Below, piece by piece: positions 29,692 to 40,400 of a DNA stretch of 64,000 nucleotides. Location of the stretch: assembly GCA_039679375.1 (NCBI GenBank), contig JBDKVA010000207.1, positions 23,333-87,332 on the forward strand, in the 5' to 3' direction. A program made the translations under genes and the position numbers. Below the pieces are notes generated by a model. The model was not told where the DNA came from and ran no database searches. It saw only the letters and a program-made list of their open reading frames with translations. Position 1 is the first letter of the stretch. Each line of letters opens with the position of its first letter. This stretch comes from Clostridiaceae bacterium. Its GTDB lineage: Bacteria > Bacillota > Clostridia > Acetivibrionales > DTU013.

Positions 29692-32600
29692 ATGTCAGAT
29701 CCTGCAATAAACAAAAGCTTTGTTGAGATGTTTCCCGAACTGGAACTGAGCGGAGATGTACTTGATTTCTTTAAAAACGTTAAAATAACAGGTCTTGGAG
29801 TTTTCAAAAAATCAGGTAAGCTTGTGGCAAAAGCCACCGCGGCCAAAATCATACCCGCATCGCTTGCAGCGCAGGTCGAAAAGGCATTGGCAGCGGCTTT
29901 TTCTTTGACTGTCGAGCTCAAACTCAGATTCGAACTGAATACCCCTTTTGAAGAGATGCTTGCAGCCTACTGGGACAGCATCCTTTATACCGTAAATACA
30001 AATGTTGCGTTGAGCCGCGGCATTCTGAACGGGTGCGAATGGGAGCTTTCGAAGGAACACCTTCACATAAGGCTTACCACAAGAGGAAGCAGGATTCTTA
30101 AGGCTCAGGGGTGCGACAGGCTGATGGAGGACCTGATATTTGATGCATTCGGACAAAAGGTTGCCGTAGAGTTTACAGATTGCGAACTGGACCAGGATCT
30201 ACAGGAAAAATACCTGGAGTTCAAGGAAAATGAGGAAGCCAGGGTGCAAAGCATTGCCATCGCTGAGGAAAAGGCTCTGGGGGCGGGCCCGAAAAGGCAG
30301 AGGAAGAAAGAGACGGATGCGGGTGATCCTCAGATTGTCGACGTCATTATGGGCAAGAATTTTAACGACAGCATCATGAGTATGAACGAAGTCACGCAGG
30401 ATTCCGGTAAAGTGGCGATCTGCGGCGACATATCAAATGCGGCTTTCAGAGAGATACGGGGAAACCGGTACCTGTGCTCCTTTGATATTACAGATTACAC
30501 CAATTCACTCACGATAAAATTTTTCGTACAGAAGGATGACTATGACCTGAGGAACGAACAAATCAAGAACGGACTTTATTTTAAAGTCCGCGGAGAAGCG
30601 CAGTTCGATAAGTATTCTAAGGAACTGGCCATACTGGCTACGGATATTCTGCAGCTTGTGAAGCAGGTCAAGACGGATGATGCCGAAACCAAAAGAGTCG
30701 AGTTGCATCTCCATACCCAGATGAGCGCCATGGATGCGGTCACGCCGGCGGAAAAGCTGGTTGAGAGAGCCGCACAATGGGGTCACAGTGCAGTTGCAAT
30801 CACGGACCACGGAGTTGTACAGGCATTTCCTGAAGCGTATAATGCCGGAAAGAAGAATCATATCAAGATCATATATGGCGTAGAGTGCTATTTACTGGAT
30901 AATGAGCCTCCGGTGGTTTGCACGGGATCGGATCAATCCTGTGGATATTCGCTGGATGGCGGGTTTGTAGTATTTGATATCGAGACGACCGGTTTATATG
31001 CCGAAAAGGATAAGATTACGGAGATCGGCGCTGTGAAGCTGTTTAACGGCAAAGTTTGCGACTCCTTCAGCACCTTTGTAAATCCGGAAATTCCCATACC
31101 TGAATTTATCACGAAATTGACCGGCATCAATGATACGATGGTAGCAGACGCGCCGCCGATCAGGAAAGCGCTCGACTCCTTCCTTTCATTTGTCGGTGAT
31201 TTGCCGGTTGTCGCGCACAATGCTTCGTTTGACACCGGCTTCATAAAGTTTCAAGCGAGGGCTGCAGGAAGGAAATTTGACAATACTATCATTGATACGC
31301 TGCAAATGAGCAGGAATATGTTTCCTGAGCTTGGAAAGTACAAGCTGGATATCGTTGCGAAGCATCTCGGAGTCAAACTGGAAAATCACCACAGGGCAGT
31401 GGATGATTCCAGAGCGACAGCCGAAATTTTCGTAAAGTGCCTTGAACAGTTAAAGGAAAAGGGAGTACAGACAGTTGACGGAATAAATGGCGCACTCGAT
31501 GGCAATTTTGATTACAAGAAAGCGGATTCATACCATGCGATCATTTTAGTTAAAAATAATGTTGGCCTTAAGAATCTATACAAAATCATTTCCGAATCCC
31601 ATTTGAACTATTTCCACAAAAAGCCGAGAGTGCCCAAGAGCCTGCTGCTGAAGTACCGGGAGGGATTGATCCTTGGCAGTGCATGTGAAGCAGGCGAATT
31701 GTACAGAGCAATCATCAAGGGAAAGAACGATAATGAGATAGAGAAAATTGTACAGTTTTACGATTACCTTGAAATACAGCCGCTTGGAAATAATGAGTTC
31801 CTTGTTCTAAATGGGCAGGTATCCGGACAGGAACAGCTCAAGGAAATCAACAGAAATATCGTAAAACTGGGTGAAAAGCTCGGCAAGCCTGTCGTCGCGA
31901 CCTGCGACGTTCATTTCATGGACCCAAGGGATGAGGTTTTCAGAAGGATTTTAATGGCGGGGCAGGGCTACGCTGATGCCGACAGGCAGGCGCCGCTGTA
32001 TTTGAGGACGACTGGGGAAATGCTTGAGGAATTCGGATATCTGGGTGAAAAAAAGGCTTATGAGGTGGTTGTAGAGAATACGAACCTCATCGCCGGTATG
32101 ACGGAGGAGATTATCCCGATACCGCTTGGCACTTACCCGCCCAGCATAGAAGGCGCCGAACAGGAGATCGAAGAGATCGCATACAGGAGGGCAAAGGAAA
32201 TATACGGCGATCCGCTGCCTGAGATTGTATCAAAAAGATTGGAAAGGGAATTGACCTCCATTATAAAAAATGGCTTTGCCGTGATGTATATTGTTGCGCA
32301 GAAGCTGGTCGCCAAGTCCAATTCCGACGGATATATTGTTGGCTCAAGGGGATCTGTAGGTTCATCATTTGCAGCAACCATGACCGGTATTACAGAAGTG
32401 AATCCTCTGCCGCCACATTATATATGTAAAAATTGCAAGTACTCCGAATTTATTACTGATGGATCGATTGGCTCAGGTTTTGACCTGCCACGGAAGGAAT
32501 GCCCGAGGTGCGGCGCACCGTTAAAGGGCGACGGACATGATATCCCGTTCGAAACATTCCTTGGCTTCGAAGGAGAAAAGGCGCCTGATATTGATCTTAA

Positions 32601-34005
32601 TTTTTCCGGAGAGTACCAGGCGCAGGCACACAAATATACTGAAGTGCTGTTTGGCAAGGGCAACGTCTTTAAGGCGGGAACCATTGCTTCCGTCGCTGAT
32701 AAGACAGCCTATGGCTTTGTGAAAAAATATGTGGATGAAAAGGGAATTACCGCCACCAACGCCGAAATAAACAGGCTGGTTACCGGCTGCACCGGGATCA
32801 AGCGTACGACCGGCCAGCATCCGGGAGGGATCATTGTCATCCCGGGAGGGTATGATGTGACGGATTTCACACCGATACAAAGGCCGGCAGATGATGTGGC
32901 GTCCGATATCATCACTACGCATTTTGACTTCCATTCACTGCATGATACGATTTTGAAGCTTGACATACTGGGTCACGACGACCCTACAATGATAAAATAC
33001 CTGGAGGATCTGACCGGTATTAATATTAAGGATGTACCTGTGAACGATGAAAAGGTCATGCAGCTGTTCCTTTCAACGGATCCGCTTGGCATATCGCCAA
33101 AGGACATTAACAGTGAGGTCGGTACCTTTGCAATGCCAGAATTCGGCACAAAATTTGTCCGGCAAATGCTACTGGATACCAAACCCAAGACCTTCTCGGA
33201 CCTTTTGCAGATCAGCGGACTTTCACACGGTACGAATGTCTGGCTCAATAACGCACAGGACCTCGTAAGGAACGGCACCTGTACGATTTCGGAAGTCATC
33301 GGGACAAGGGACGGTATCATGGTATACCTGATGTACCGGGGTCTGAAGCCCAAGAGTGCATTTAAAATCATGGAAGATGTCAGAAAAGGAAAAGGCCTTA
33401 AGCCGGAATATGAAGAGGAGATGAAGCAGTATTCGGTGCCGGACTGGTATATCGAATCCTGCAAGAAGATAAAGTACATGTTCCCCAAAGCCCATGCCGC
33501 AGCGTATGTACTAACGGCAATGAGGATCGGCTGGTTCAAGGTTTACCGTCCCATGGCTTTTTATGTTACTTATTTTACCGTACGGGCGGATGAATTTGAT
33601 GCGGCTCTGATGACGCACGGGAAGGAACGCATCCGCAGCAAAATCGCCGAACTGGAGAGGCAGGGGAATTCCATATCGGCGAAGGATAAAAATGTGTTGA
33701 CTATACTCGAGGTTGCAAATGAAATGTATACAAGAGGTATAGATTTCCTGCCGGTTGACCTTTATAAATCCGATGCGACCCGGTTCCGGATCGAGGATAA
33801 TGGTATCAGGCCGCCTCTTAACGCATTGCAGGGCTTGGGCGCAACTGCGGCAAATTCCATCGTCGAAGCGCGTGAACAGGGAGAGTTCACATCGGTCGAA
33901 GATTTACGGAGCAGATCGAAGGTAAGCAAGACAGTCATAGAGATACTGCAGCAGAACGGCTGTATGGACGGAATGCCTGAAAGCAGCCAGATGTGCCTTT
34001 TTTAG
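29692..34005 (+). CDS. polC: DNA polymerase III PolC-type
   Basis: PHP motif HLHTQMS, exonuclease DIETTG, GSRGSVGSS, PDIDLNF and KLDILGHD. Confidence 0.98.
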   Translation: MSDPAINKSFVEMFPELELSGDVLDFFKNVKITGLGVFKKSGKLVAKATAAKIIPASLAAQVEKALAAAFSLTVELKLRFELNTPFEEMLAAYWDSILYTVNTNVALSRGILNGCEWELSKEHLHIRLTTRGSRILKAQGCDRLMEDLIFDAFGQKVAVEFTDCELDQDLQEKYLEFKENEEARVQSIAIAEEKALGAGPKRQRKKETDAGDPQIVDVIMGKNFNDSIMSMNEVTQDSGKVAICGDISNAAFREIRGNRYLCSFDITDYTNSLTIKFFVQKDDYDLRNEQIKNGLYFKVRGEAQFDKYSKELAILATDILQLVKQVKTDDAETKRVELHLHTQMSAMDAVTPAEKLVERAAQWGHSAVAITDHGVVQAFPEAYNAGKKNHIKIIYGVECYLLDNEPPVVCTGSDQSCGYSLDGGFVVFDIETTGLYAEKDKITEIGAVKLFNGKVCDSFSTFVNPEIPIPEFITKLTGINDTMVADAPPIRKALDSFLSFVGDLPVVAHNASFDTGFIKFQARAAGRKFDNTIIDTLQMSRNMFPELGKYKLDIVAKHLGVKLENHHRAVDDSRATAEIFVKCLEQLKEKGVQTVDGINGALDGNFDYKKADSYHAIILVKNNVGLKNLYKIISESHLNYFHKKPRVPKSLLLKYREGLILGSACEAGELYRAIIKGKNDNEIEKIVQFYDYLEIQPLGNNEFLVLNGQVSGQEQLKEINRNIVKLGEKLGKPVVATCDVHFMDPRDEVFRRILMAGQGYADADRQAPLYLRTTGEMLEEFGYLGEKKAYEVVVENTNLIAGMTEEIIPIPLGTYPPSIEGAEQEIEEIAYRRAKEIYGDPLPEIVSKRLERELTSIIKNGFAVMYIVAQKLVAKSNSDGYIVGSRGSVGSSFAATMTGITEVNPLPPHYICKNCKYSEFITDGSIGSGFDLPRKECPRCGAPLKGDGHDIPFETFLGFEGEKAPDIDLNFSGEYQAQAHKYTEVLFGKGNVFKAGTIASVADKTAYGFVKKYVDEKGITATNAEINRLVTGCTGIKRTTGQHPGGIIVIPGGYDVTDFTPIQRPADDVASDIITTHFDFHSLHDTILKLDILGHDDPTMIKYLEDLTGINIKDVPVNDEKVMQLFLSTDPLGISPKDINSEVGTFAMPEFGTKFVRQMLLDTKPKTFSDLLQISGLSHGTNVWLNNAQDLVRNGTCTISEVIGTRDGIMVYLMYRGLKPKSAFKIMEDVRKGKGLKPEYEEEMKQYSVPDWYIESCKKIKYMFPKAHAAAYVLTAMRIGWFKVYRPMAFYVTYFTVRADEFDAALMTHGKERIRSKIAELERQGNSISAKDKNVLTILEVANEMYTRGIDFLPVDLYKSDATRFRIEDNGIRPPLNALQGLGATAANSIVEAREQGEFTSVEDLRSRSKVSKTVIEILQQNGCMDGMPESSQMCLF

Positions 34006-34018
34006 AAAATTTCAAATA

Positions 34019-34034
34019 TGACATACTATTGTCA
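34019..34034 (+). promoter_or_regulatory. Palindromic operator TGACA-N6-TGTCA upstream of TATAAT (34047-34052)
   Basis: TGACAtactatTGTCA occupies the -35 position of a promoter lacking a consensus -35. Confidence 0.5.
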
Positions 34035-34146
34035 AATCATATATTATATAATAAGTACATTCGTTGGGTTGTGGGCGGTAGCCCACATTGGAATGTTATG
34101 TAGAGTGACAAACTTGTTAAAAGTATCAAAAAGGTAGGTAGTGCTA

Positions 34147-34830
34147 ATGATGACAGCAAATGATGTAAAGAAAATAGTTATGGAAAATGGGGCGGATTTA
34201 TGCGGGATCGCCTCTGTGGAACGTTTCGATGCTGCTCCTAAAGGATTTCACCCCTGTGATGTTTTACCTTCATGCAGATCGGTAGTGGTATTTGCACAGA
34301 AATTTTTAAAAGGAACATTGCAATGTAAATCGACAATTCCATATACTATTGTAAGGAATATCCTGTCTGATAAAATGGATAAAATGGCTGTTCAAATATG
34401 TACTGAATTGGGAAATCATGGCGTGACTGCAATTCCGACAGGGACAAATGGCCCTACAGAATTTGATGTACCGACAGGCCGGTACAGGAATATTATTTCA
34501 GCTAAACATAGCGCGGTTCAGGCAGGACTTGGAAGGATCGGGAAAAACACTTTGCTCATTACTCCGAAATATGGAAATATGGTTTGGCTCAGTGTTATAT
34601 TAGTTGATATTGAACTGGAAGCAGATAATGTTTTGGAAGGAGATCCTTGCCCGGATAACTGCAGTCTCTGTTCAGATATATGCCCTGCAAAGGCAGTTGG
34701 AAACGCTGAACTTAAGCAAACGGACTGCTGGGATTATGCCTTTGGAGGAGAAAATGGCGGTGAATTTAAGATAAAATGTTACAAATGCAGGACAATATGC
34801 CCACATTGCCTTGGAGATCAGAATGGCTGA
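34147..34830 (+). CDS. Epoxyqueuosine reductase (QueG)-like 4Fe-4S protein
   Basis: GADLCGIA, SAKHSAVQAGLGRIGKNTLLITPKYG, CPDNCSLCSDICP and CYKCRTICP. Confidence 0.75.
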   Translation: MMTANDVKKIVMENGADLCGIASVERFDAAPKGFHPCDVLPSCRSVVVFAQKFLKGTLQCKSTIPYTIVRNILSDKMDKMAVQICTELGNHGVTAIPTGTNGPTEFDVPTGRYRNIISAKHSAVQAGLGRIGKNTLLITPKYGNMVWLSVILVDIELEADNVLEGDPCPDNCSLCSDICPAKAVGNAELKQTDCWDYAFGGENGGEFKIKCYKCRTICPHCLGDQNG

Positions 34831-34874
34831 GGGCCGAGGTGAGGCAAATATTTTTACCTTGTGCAAATAAATTG

Positions 34875-34903
34875 TTGATAAATACAGACAATAATGATAT
34901 AAT
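34875..34903 (+). promoter_or_regulatory. sigma-A promoter of the rimP-nusA-infB operon
   Basis: TTGATA-17 bp-TATAAT with extended TG. Confidence 0.78.
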
Positions 34904-34936
34904 ACTACCTGGACTGAAGCATATAGATTATTTGGA

Positions 34937-34967
34937 AAAGAGTGGGTCGACCCCACTCTTTGTCTTT
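34937..34967 (+). terminator. rimP leader attenuator hairpin
   Basis: AAAGAGTGGG-tcgac-CCCACTCTTT with a weak U-tract. Resembles the Firmicutes rimP/ylxS leader, which is NusA-dependent in B. subtilis. Confidence 0.7.
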
Positions 34968-35146
34968 AAATAAAGATTTCTATGCACAGAGCGCCTAATT
35001 GTGATTTGTCGCTTAAGCGCTTCACAGTGTAAGTGAATTCCACAGTGAAGCAAGCGACCGGCGCTCGCGCGGCGAGCAGAAAGGGCGGAATAATTGTTTC
35101 CCTTCTGCTCGATTGGTCTGAATTGAAAGGAATGGTCGTGCAGGGT

Positions 35147-35608
35147 ATGGCAAAAAAACGGGTGGAAGACATTGTGGAGGAACTGGCGCAGCCTATCGTA
35201 GAGGGGTTGTCATTTGAATTGGTGGATGTGGAATATATTAAGGAAGGCGCCTACTGGTACCTGAGAATATACATAGATAAACCCGGCGGAATTGCAATCG
35301 ATGACTGCCAGACAGTCAGCGAACGGCTGAGCGATAAGCTTGATGAAGCGGATCCTATTAAGCAAAGCTACATTTTGGAAGTTTCATCGCCTGGTGAAAG
35401 GCCGCTGAAAAAGGATCGCGATTATGAACGGTTTAAGGGTGAGATGGTTGAAGTGAAGCTTTATCAGCCGATAAACGGAAAGAAAGTATTTGAAGGGGAA
35501 CTTCAAGGTCTGGTGGATGACAAAGTGGAAATAAAAACAAGCGATGGCACAATCATGAACTTCGACAAGAAAGATACAAGTCTTGTAAGGAGAATTATAA
35601 GATTTTGA
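35147..35608 (+). CDS. rimP: Ribosome maturation factor RimP
   Basis: LRIYIDKPGG, DDCQTVS and YILEVSSPG. Confidence 0.97.
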   Translation: MAKKRVEDIVEELAQPIVEGLSFELVDVEYIKEGAYWYLRIYIDKPGGIAIDDCQTVSERLSDKLDEADPIKQSYILEVSSPGERPLKKDRDYERFKGEMVEVKLYQPINGKKVFEGELQGLVDDKVEIKTSDGTIMNFDKKDTSLVRRIIRF

Positions 35609-35649
35609 ACGATACCCCGGCGTTTCGGGATATAACAGGAGGTTAAAGT

Positions 35650-36867
35650 ATGAGTGCAGAATTGATACAGGCATTGGAGCAGTTGGAAAAGGAAAAGGGA
35701 ATTCAAAAGGAAGTGCTGATTGAAGCTATTGAAGCTGCGCTTGTCTCAGCTTACAAAAGGAATTTCGGTTCCACACAGAATGTGAAAATATATATCGATC
35801 CCGCAACGGGCGATGTGAAGGTATATGCGCTGAAAAGAGTCACATCCTTGCCTGAAAGCGAAAACGGAGATATTTCGCTGGAAGAGGCCAGAAAATTGAG
35901 CAGTGAATATGAGGAAGAGGATATCGCCGAAATAGAAGTGACTCCGAAAAAATTCGGCCGTATCGCGGCACAAACGGCTAAACAGGTCGTTATGCAGAGA
36001 ATACGCGAAGCTGAGCGCGGTATCATTTTTGACGAGTTTTACAATAAGGAAGGCGATATTGTCACCGGCATCATTCAAAGGAATGAGCGTAAAAATATTA
36101 TCATCGATCTCGGAAAGACGGAGGCGATCATTGCTCCATCCGAACAAACCAACGGTGAAGAATACAGGTTCAATGACAGGATCAAGACCTATATCGTAGA
36201 GGTCAAAAAGACGACTAAAGGACCTCAGATCATGGTTTCAAGGACACATCCTGGACTGGTGAAGAGGCTGTTTGAGCTGGAGGTACCGGAAATCCACGAT
36301 GGAACAGTTGAAATCAAGAGTATTTCCAGAGAACCTGGCTCAAGGACCAAAATAGCGGTGTATTCAAAGGACCCCAATGTAGATCCGGTAGGAGCATGTG
36401 TCGGTCAGAAAGGCACAAGGGTCCAGGCAATTGTAGACGAACTGAGGGGCGAGAAGATCGATATCATCAAATGGAGCAGCAACCCTGAGGAATATATTTC
36501 GAGCAGTCTGAGTCCTGCAAAGGTTGTGCGCGTGGATACGGATGAGAACGTCAGATCGGCCAGGGTCATTGTGCCCGATTTCCAGCTTTCGCTGGCGATC
36601 GGCAAGGAAGGGCAAAATGCAAGGCTGGCTGCAAAGCTGACCGGATGGAAAATAGATATAAAGAGTGAATCTCAGCTTCGGGCGGTGATCGAGCAGCAAA
36701 TGTTCAACATGAACACAAGCTATAACGCGGATGAAGATTCATTAGACAGCGAAGATGCTGAAGAATACGAAGATTACGATGAAACGGAAAAGGACGGGGA
36801 TGCTTCCGACGGAACCGGCGAAGATAATGATGAAGCAGCAGGCATGCAGGATGATGAGCATGAATAG
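35650..36867 (+). CDS. nusA: Transcription termination factor NusA
   Basis: FGRIAAQTAKQV and SLAIGKEGQNARLAAKLTGWKIDI, plus an acidic C-terminal tail. Confidence 0.98.
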   Translation: MSAELIQALEQLEKEKGIQKEVLIEAIEAALVSAYKRNFGSTQNVKIYIDPATGDVKVYALKRVTSLPESENGDISLEEARKLSSEYEEEDIAEIEVTPKKFGRIAAQTAKQVVMQRIREAERGIIFDEFYNKEGDIVTGIIQRNERKNIIIDLGKTEAIIAPSEQTNGEEYRFNDRIKTYIVEVKKTTKGPQIMVSRTHPGLVKRLFELEVPEIHDGTVEIKSISREPGSRTKIAVYSKDPNVDPVGACVGQKGTRVQAIVDELRGEKIDIIKWSSNPEEYISSSLSPAKVVRVDTDENVRSARVIVPDFQLSLAIGKEGQNARLAAKLTGWKIDIKSESQLRAVIEQQMFNMNTSYNADEDSLDSEDAEEYEDYDETEKDGDASDGTGEDNDEAAGMQDDEHE

Positions 36868-36879
36868 AGGTGAACGTAC

Positions 36880-37152
36880 TTGAAGCAGAAGAAAATACCT
36901 TTGAGGATGTGCCTCGGATGCCAGGAGATGAAGACAAAAAAGGAATTGATAAGGATCGTCAGAGATAAGGAAGGCTGCACTAGCGTTGATTTTACGGGCA
37001 AGAAGGCCGGCAGGGGAGCGTATATTTGCAAAAGTATGGAATGCTTTGAGAAAGCGAAAAAGGGAAAGAGGCTGGAAAAAGCTTTTGAAGCCCGTATTGA
37101 TGAAGAAGTGTATGATACCCTGAAAAAGCAATTGGAGGGAAATAATGTTTGA
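36880..37152 (+). CDS. ylxR: YlxR/RnpM family RNA-binding protein
   Basis: PLRMCLGC, KKELIRIVR and GRGAYIC. Synteny agrees. Confidence 0.95.
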   Translation: MKQKKIPLRMCLGCQEMKTKKELIRIVRDKEGCTSVDFTGKKAGRGAYICKSMECFEKAKKGKRLEKAFEARIDEEVYDTLKKQLEGNNV

Positions 37153-37471
37153 AGGGATATACTCCTTTCTGGGTTTGGCTACAAAAGCAGGCAAATTGCT
37201 ATCAGGCGAGGAGACCTGTGAAAGAGCGCTGAAATCCGGAAAGGTATACCTGGTTATTGTATCGGAAGATGCTTCGGACAATACCAAAAAAAAATTCAAG
37301 GATATGTGCAGTTACAGAGACATTGACATCAGGTGTTTCGGAGAGAAGGAACTGCTGGGCAGGTTTACCGGCAAAACGATCCGCTCCGTAATTGCAGTAA
37401 CTGGGAGAAGCTTTGCAGAGCATCTCAAGGATATGATTGATAACCGCGGTATAGAACATGGGGGTGTATAG
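37145..37471 (+). CDS. ylxQ: L7Ae-family protein YlxQ
   Basis: [14 protein letters not shown] and [12 protein letters not shown]. Synteny agrees. Confidence 0.93.
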   Translation: MFEGIYSFLGLATKAGKLLSGEETCERALKSGKVYLVIVSEDASDNTKKKFKDMCSYRDIDIRCFGEKELLGRFTGKTIRSVIAVTGRSFAEHLKDMIDNRGIEHGGV

Positions 37472-37473
37472 AG

Positions 37474-40400
37474 TTGGGAAAAGTTAGGGTATACGAACTG
37501 GCAAAAGAAATGAATACAACAAGCAAGAGGCTGATGGAAAAGCTTGCAGAAATCAATGTGGTTGTTAAAAATCACATGAGTCTTCTTGAAGACAATGAAC
37601 TGGAAGCACTGTACAAGCATATCGGTGTGATTCAGCATGATGATAAAAAGGCTGAGCCTGATGTCAAAAAAGCAGCACCGGTAAATCCGCCTCAACCTAA
37701 GCCTGAAATAAAGAAAGATACAAAAAGTGCACCCCGAATAATCAGAACGACCGAAATCATCATTAATAGCCGTAATGAGGGATCACAGGGATCAAGGAAC
37801 GATTCTTCAAAGAATGATATGAGAGGCTCAAAAAATGACGCAAGGCATGATTATATAAGGTCTACGGATGCAAATTCCGGGTTGCGGGCAGGTTTTGTGC
37901 GGGCGGGCAGGCCTGAATATATGAAGGATTTGAACAAAGCGGTAAGAACGGATGTGCCAAAAACGGTCCAGGATGCGCGTCCAGGCAAGGGGATTGCGGG
38001 TCAGGCTGCCGTAGAGCCGACGAAAGCGAAACAACCTGTGAAGCATGATATGGCGGCAGCAAGCCATGAAAATACAGCGCCTGAGAAAACGGAAACAACA
38101 AAGAATGATAACACGAAAAACGTTGCAGCATCAGATAACGTCGTAGTAATAACAAAAAAGGAAGAAAAAACAGAAATGCATGATGATACATCCGCCAGCA
38201 TGAATGCAAGCAGGGTCAAAAATGAAAAACAGGATAATGTAAAGCCCAACAAGGATAAACACGCTCAGCAGCCTGACGAAGCAAATGCTGAAGGTGTGGA
38301 AGCGGTAAAAAGTAATGATGCGGACAGGAGCTTACAGGACAAAAACAATCAAGCTGAGAAGATACAGGAATTAGAAAAAATTGAAAGTGAAAAACCGCAG
38401 CATCAGGCTGCAAGGTCTCAGAGCGAAAAGCTCCAGCACCAGGGCGACGGGCCGCAGGATGAAAAAGCGGCTGTTGTCCGTGCTGATAAAACGCAAAGCG
38501 AAAAAACACTGAACGACAGGCCGCAGGGTGAAAAACCACAAAGCGACAGGCCGCAGAGCGACAAAGCCCAGGGCGGCAGGCCGCAAGGCGACAGGCCGCA
38601 GTATCAGGGGGGCAGGCCGCAGGGTGACAGGCCGCAGTACCAGGGAGGCAGGCCGCAGGGCGACAGGCCGCAGTACCAGGGCAGCAGGCCGCAGGGCGAC
38701 AGACCGCCGTATCAGGGCAGCAGACCACAGGGCGACAGGCCGCCGTATCAAGGCAGCAGGCCGCAAGGCGACAGGCCGCCGTATCAGGGCAGCAGGCCAC
38801 AGGGCGACAGGCCGTCATACCAGGGCAGCAGGCCGCAGGGTGACAGGCCGCAGTACCAGGGAAGCAGGCCACAGGGTGACAGGCCGCAGTACCAGGGCGG
38901 CAGGCCGCAGGGTGGAACGGGATACCGTTCCGGGAGCAGGCCCCTTGAAATACCGAAGCCGGACCTCACGATTGCCCAAAAAGAAGAGCTTGGTTCGCAG
39001 AGAAGCGAAATCAGGAGGGAATTCAGCAATAAAGATCTAGACAAGGATGTAAAGAGAGAACAGAGGAAAGAAGCTCCGAAATCGCAACCTGTGGTCAAGG
39101 GCACAAAGAGGTTCAAACCTACAAATATAGGGCTTGCTGAAAAGAAGGGCGTATCGGAGATATTATCGGAGGATTTTATACTGAACGAGTTTTATAATGA
39201 TTCCGATGCTTCGAAGAAGAAGCTGAACAAGCTCCGGAAGGACAGGAAAGCGGAAGCCCAGCCCAAATATATACCTCAAAGGGCGGTGCTTACTTCCATA
39301 AAAATACCGGAAAGCATCACTGTCAAGGATTTGGCCGAAGCATTGAAAAAGACCTCTACCGAAATCATAAAGAGGCTGATGGTATACGGTATTATGGCTA
39401 CACTCAATCAGGAAATCGACTTTGATACCGCCACAATCATTGCGGAAGAGTTTGGAGTAAAGACAGAAAAAGAAGTGGTAGTGAATGAAGAGGATATACT
39501 CTTTGATGATTCTGAAGAGGACGATCTGTCCAAACTTGTTCCAAGGCCACCGGTAGTTGTTGTAATGGGCCATGTCGACCATGGCAAGACCTCATTGCTT
39601 GATGCGATCAAGTCAACGCATGTGATTGATACCGAAGCGGGAGGCATCACTCAGCATATCGGCGCTTATACAGTAAAAATAAATAACAGGAACATTACGT
39701 TCCTCGACACCCCGGGCCATGAGGCTTTTACCGCCATGAGGGCAAGGGGGGCGCAGGTGACGGATATCGCAATATTGGTCGTAGCGGCGGATGACGGCGT
39801 CATGCCGCAAACAATTGAAGCAATCAACCATGCCAAGGCTGCCAACGTATCCATTATCGTTGCCATCAACAAGATCGACAAGCCCGGGGCAAACCCGGAT
39901 AAAGTGAAACAGGAACTTGTACAATATGGCCTTGTTTCGGAAGAGTGGGGCGGCGATGTGATTTGTGTAAATGTTTCGGCTAAGAAACGGCAGAATATCG
40001 ACCAGCTGCTTGAAATGATCCTGCTGACTGCCGATGTGCTTGAACTGAAGGCTGATCCGAACAGACAGGCCAAAGGTACTGTGATCGAGGCCAAGCTTGA
40101 CAAAAACAGGGGGCCTCTTGCAACCGTCCTTGTACAAAGGGGCACACTTCATGTTGGAGACTCGATCGTTACAGGAACGACAGTAGGCAGGATAAGGGCT
40201 CTGACAGATGATAAGGGGAATTTTGTCAAGGATGCAGGTCCGTCTACTCCGGTTGAAATACTTGGGCTGCCGGAAGTGCCTGAAGCAGGCGAGCTGTTCT
40301 ATGCGATAGAAGACGAGAAAGTAGCCAAACACCTGGCTGAAAAGAGAAAATTGAAGCAGAAGGAACAGCAGATGAATACGACTTCAAGGGTCACACTTGA

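Noticed and set aside
29692-34005. Intein or intron in polC
   Set aside because: The length of 1437 aa is normal and no splicing or endonuclease motifs are visible.
34056-34102. attC-like cassette recombination site
   Set aside because: It is a single copy with no RYYYAAC end and no integrase in the window. Kept only as a leader hairpin.
38216-39116. Repetitive Cys/Ala- and Arg-rich ORFs, and a CRISPR-like look of the 36-bp repeats
   Set aside because: These are shadow frames of the in-frame infB repeat. The units are contiguous with no unique spacers, and there are no cas genes.
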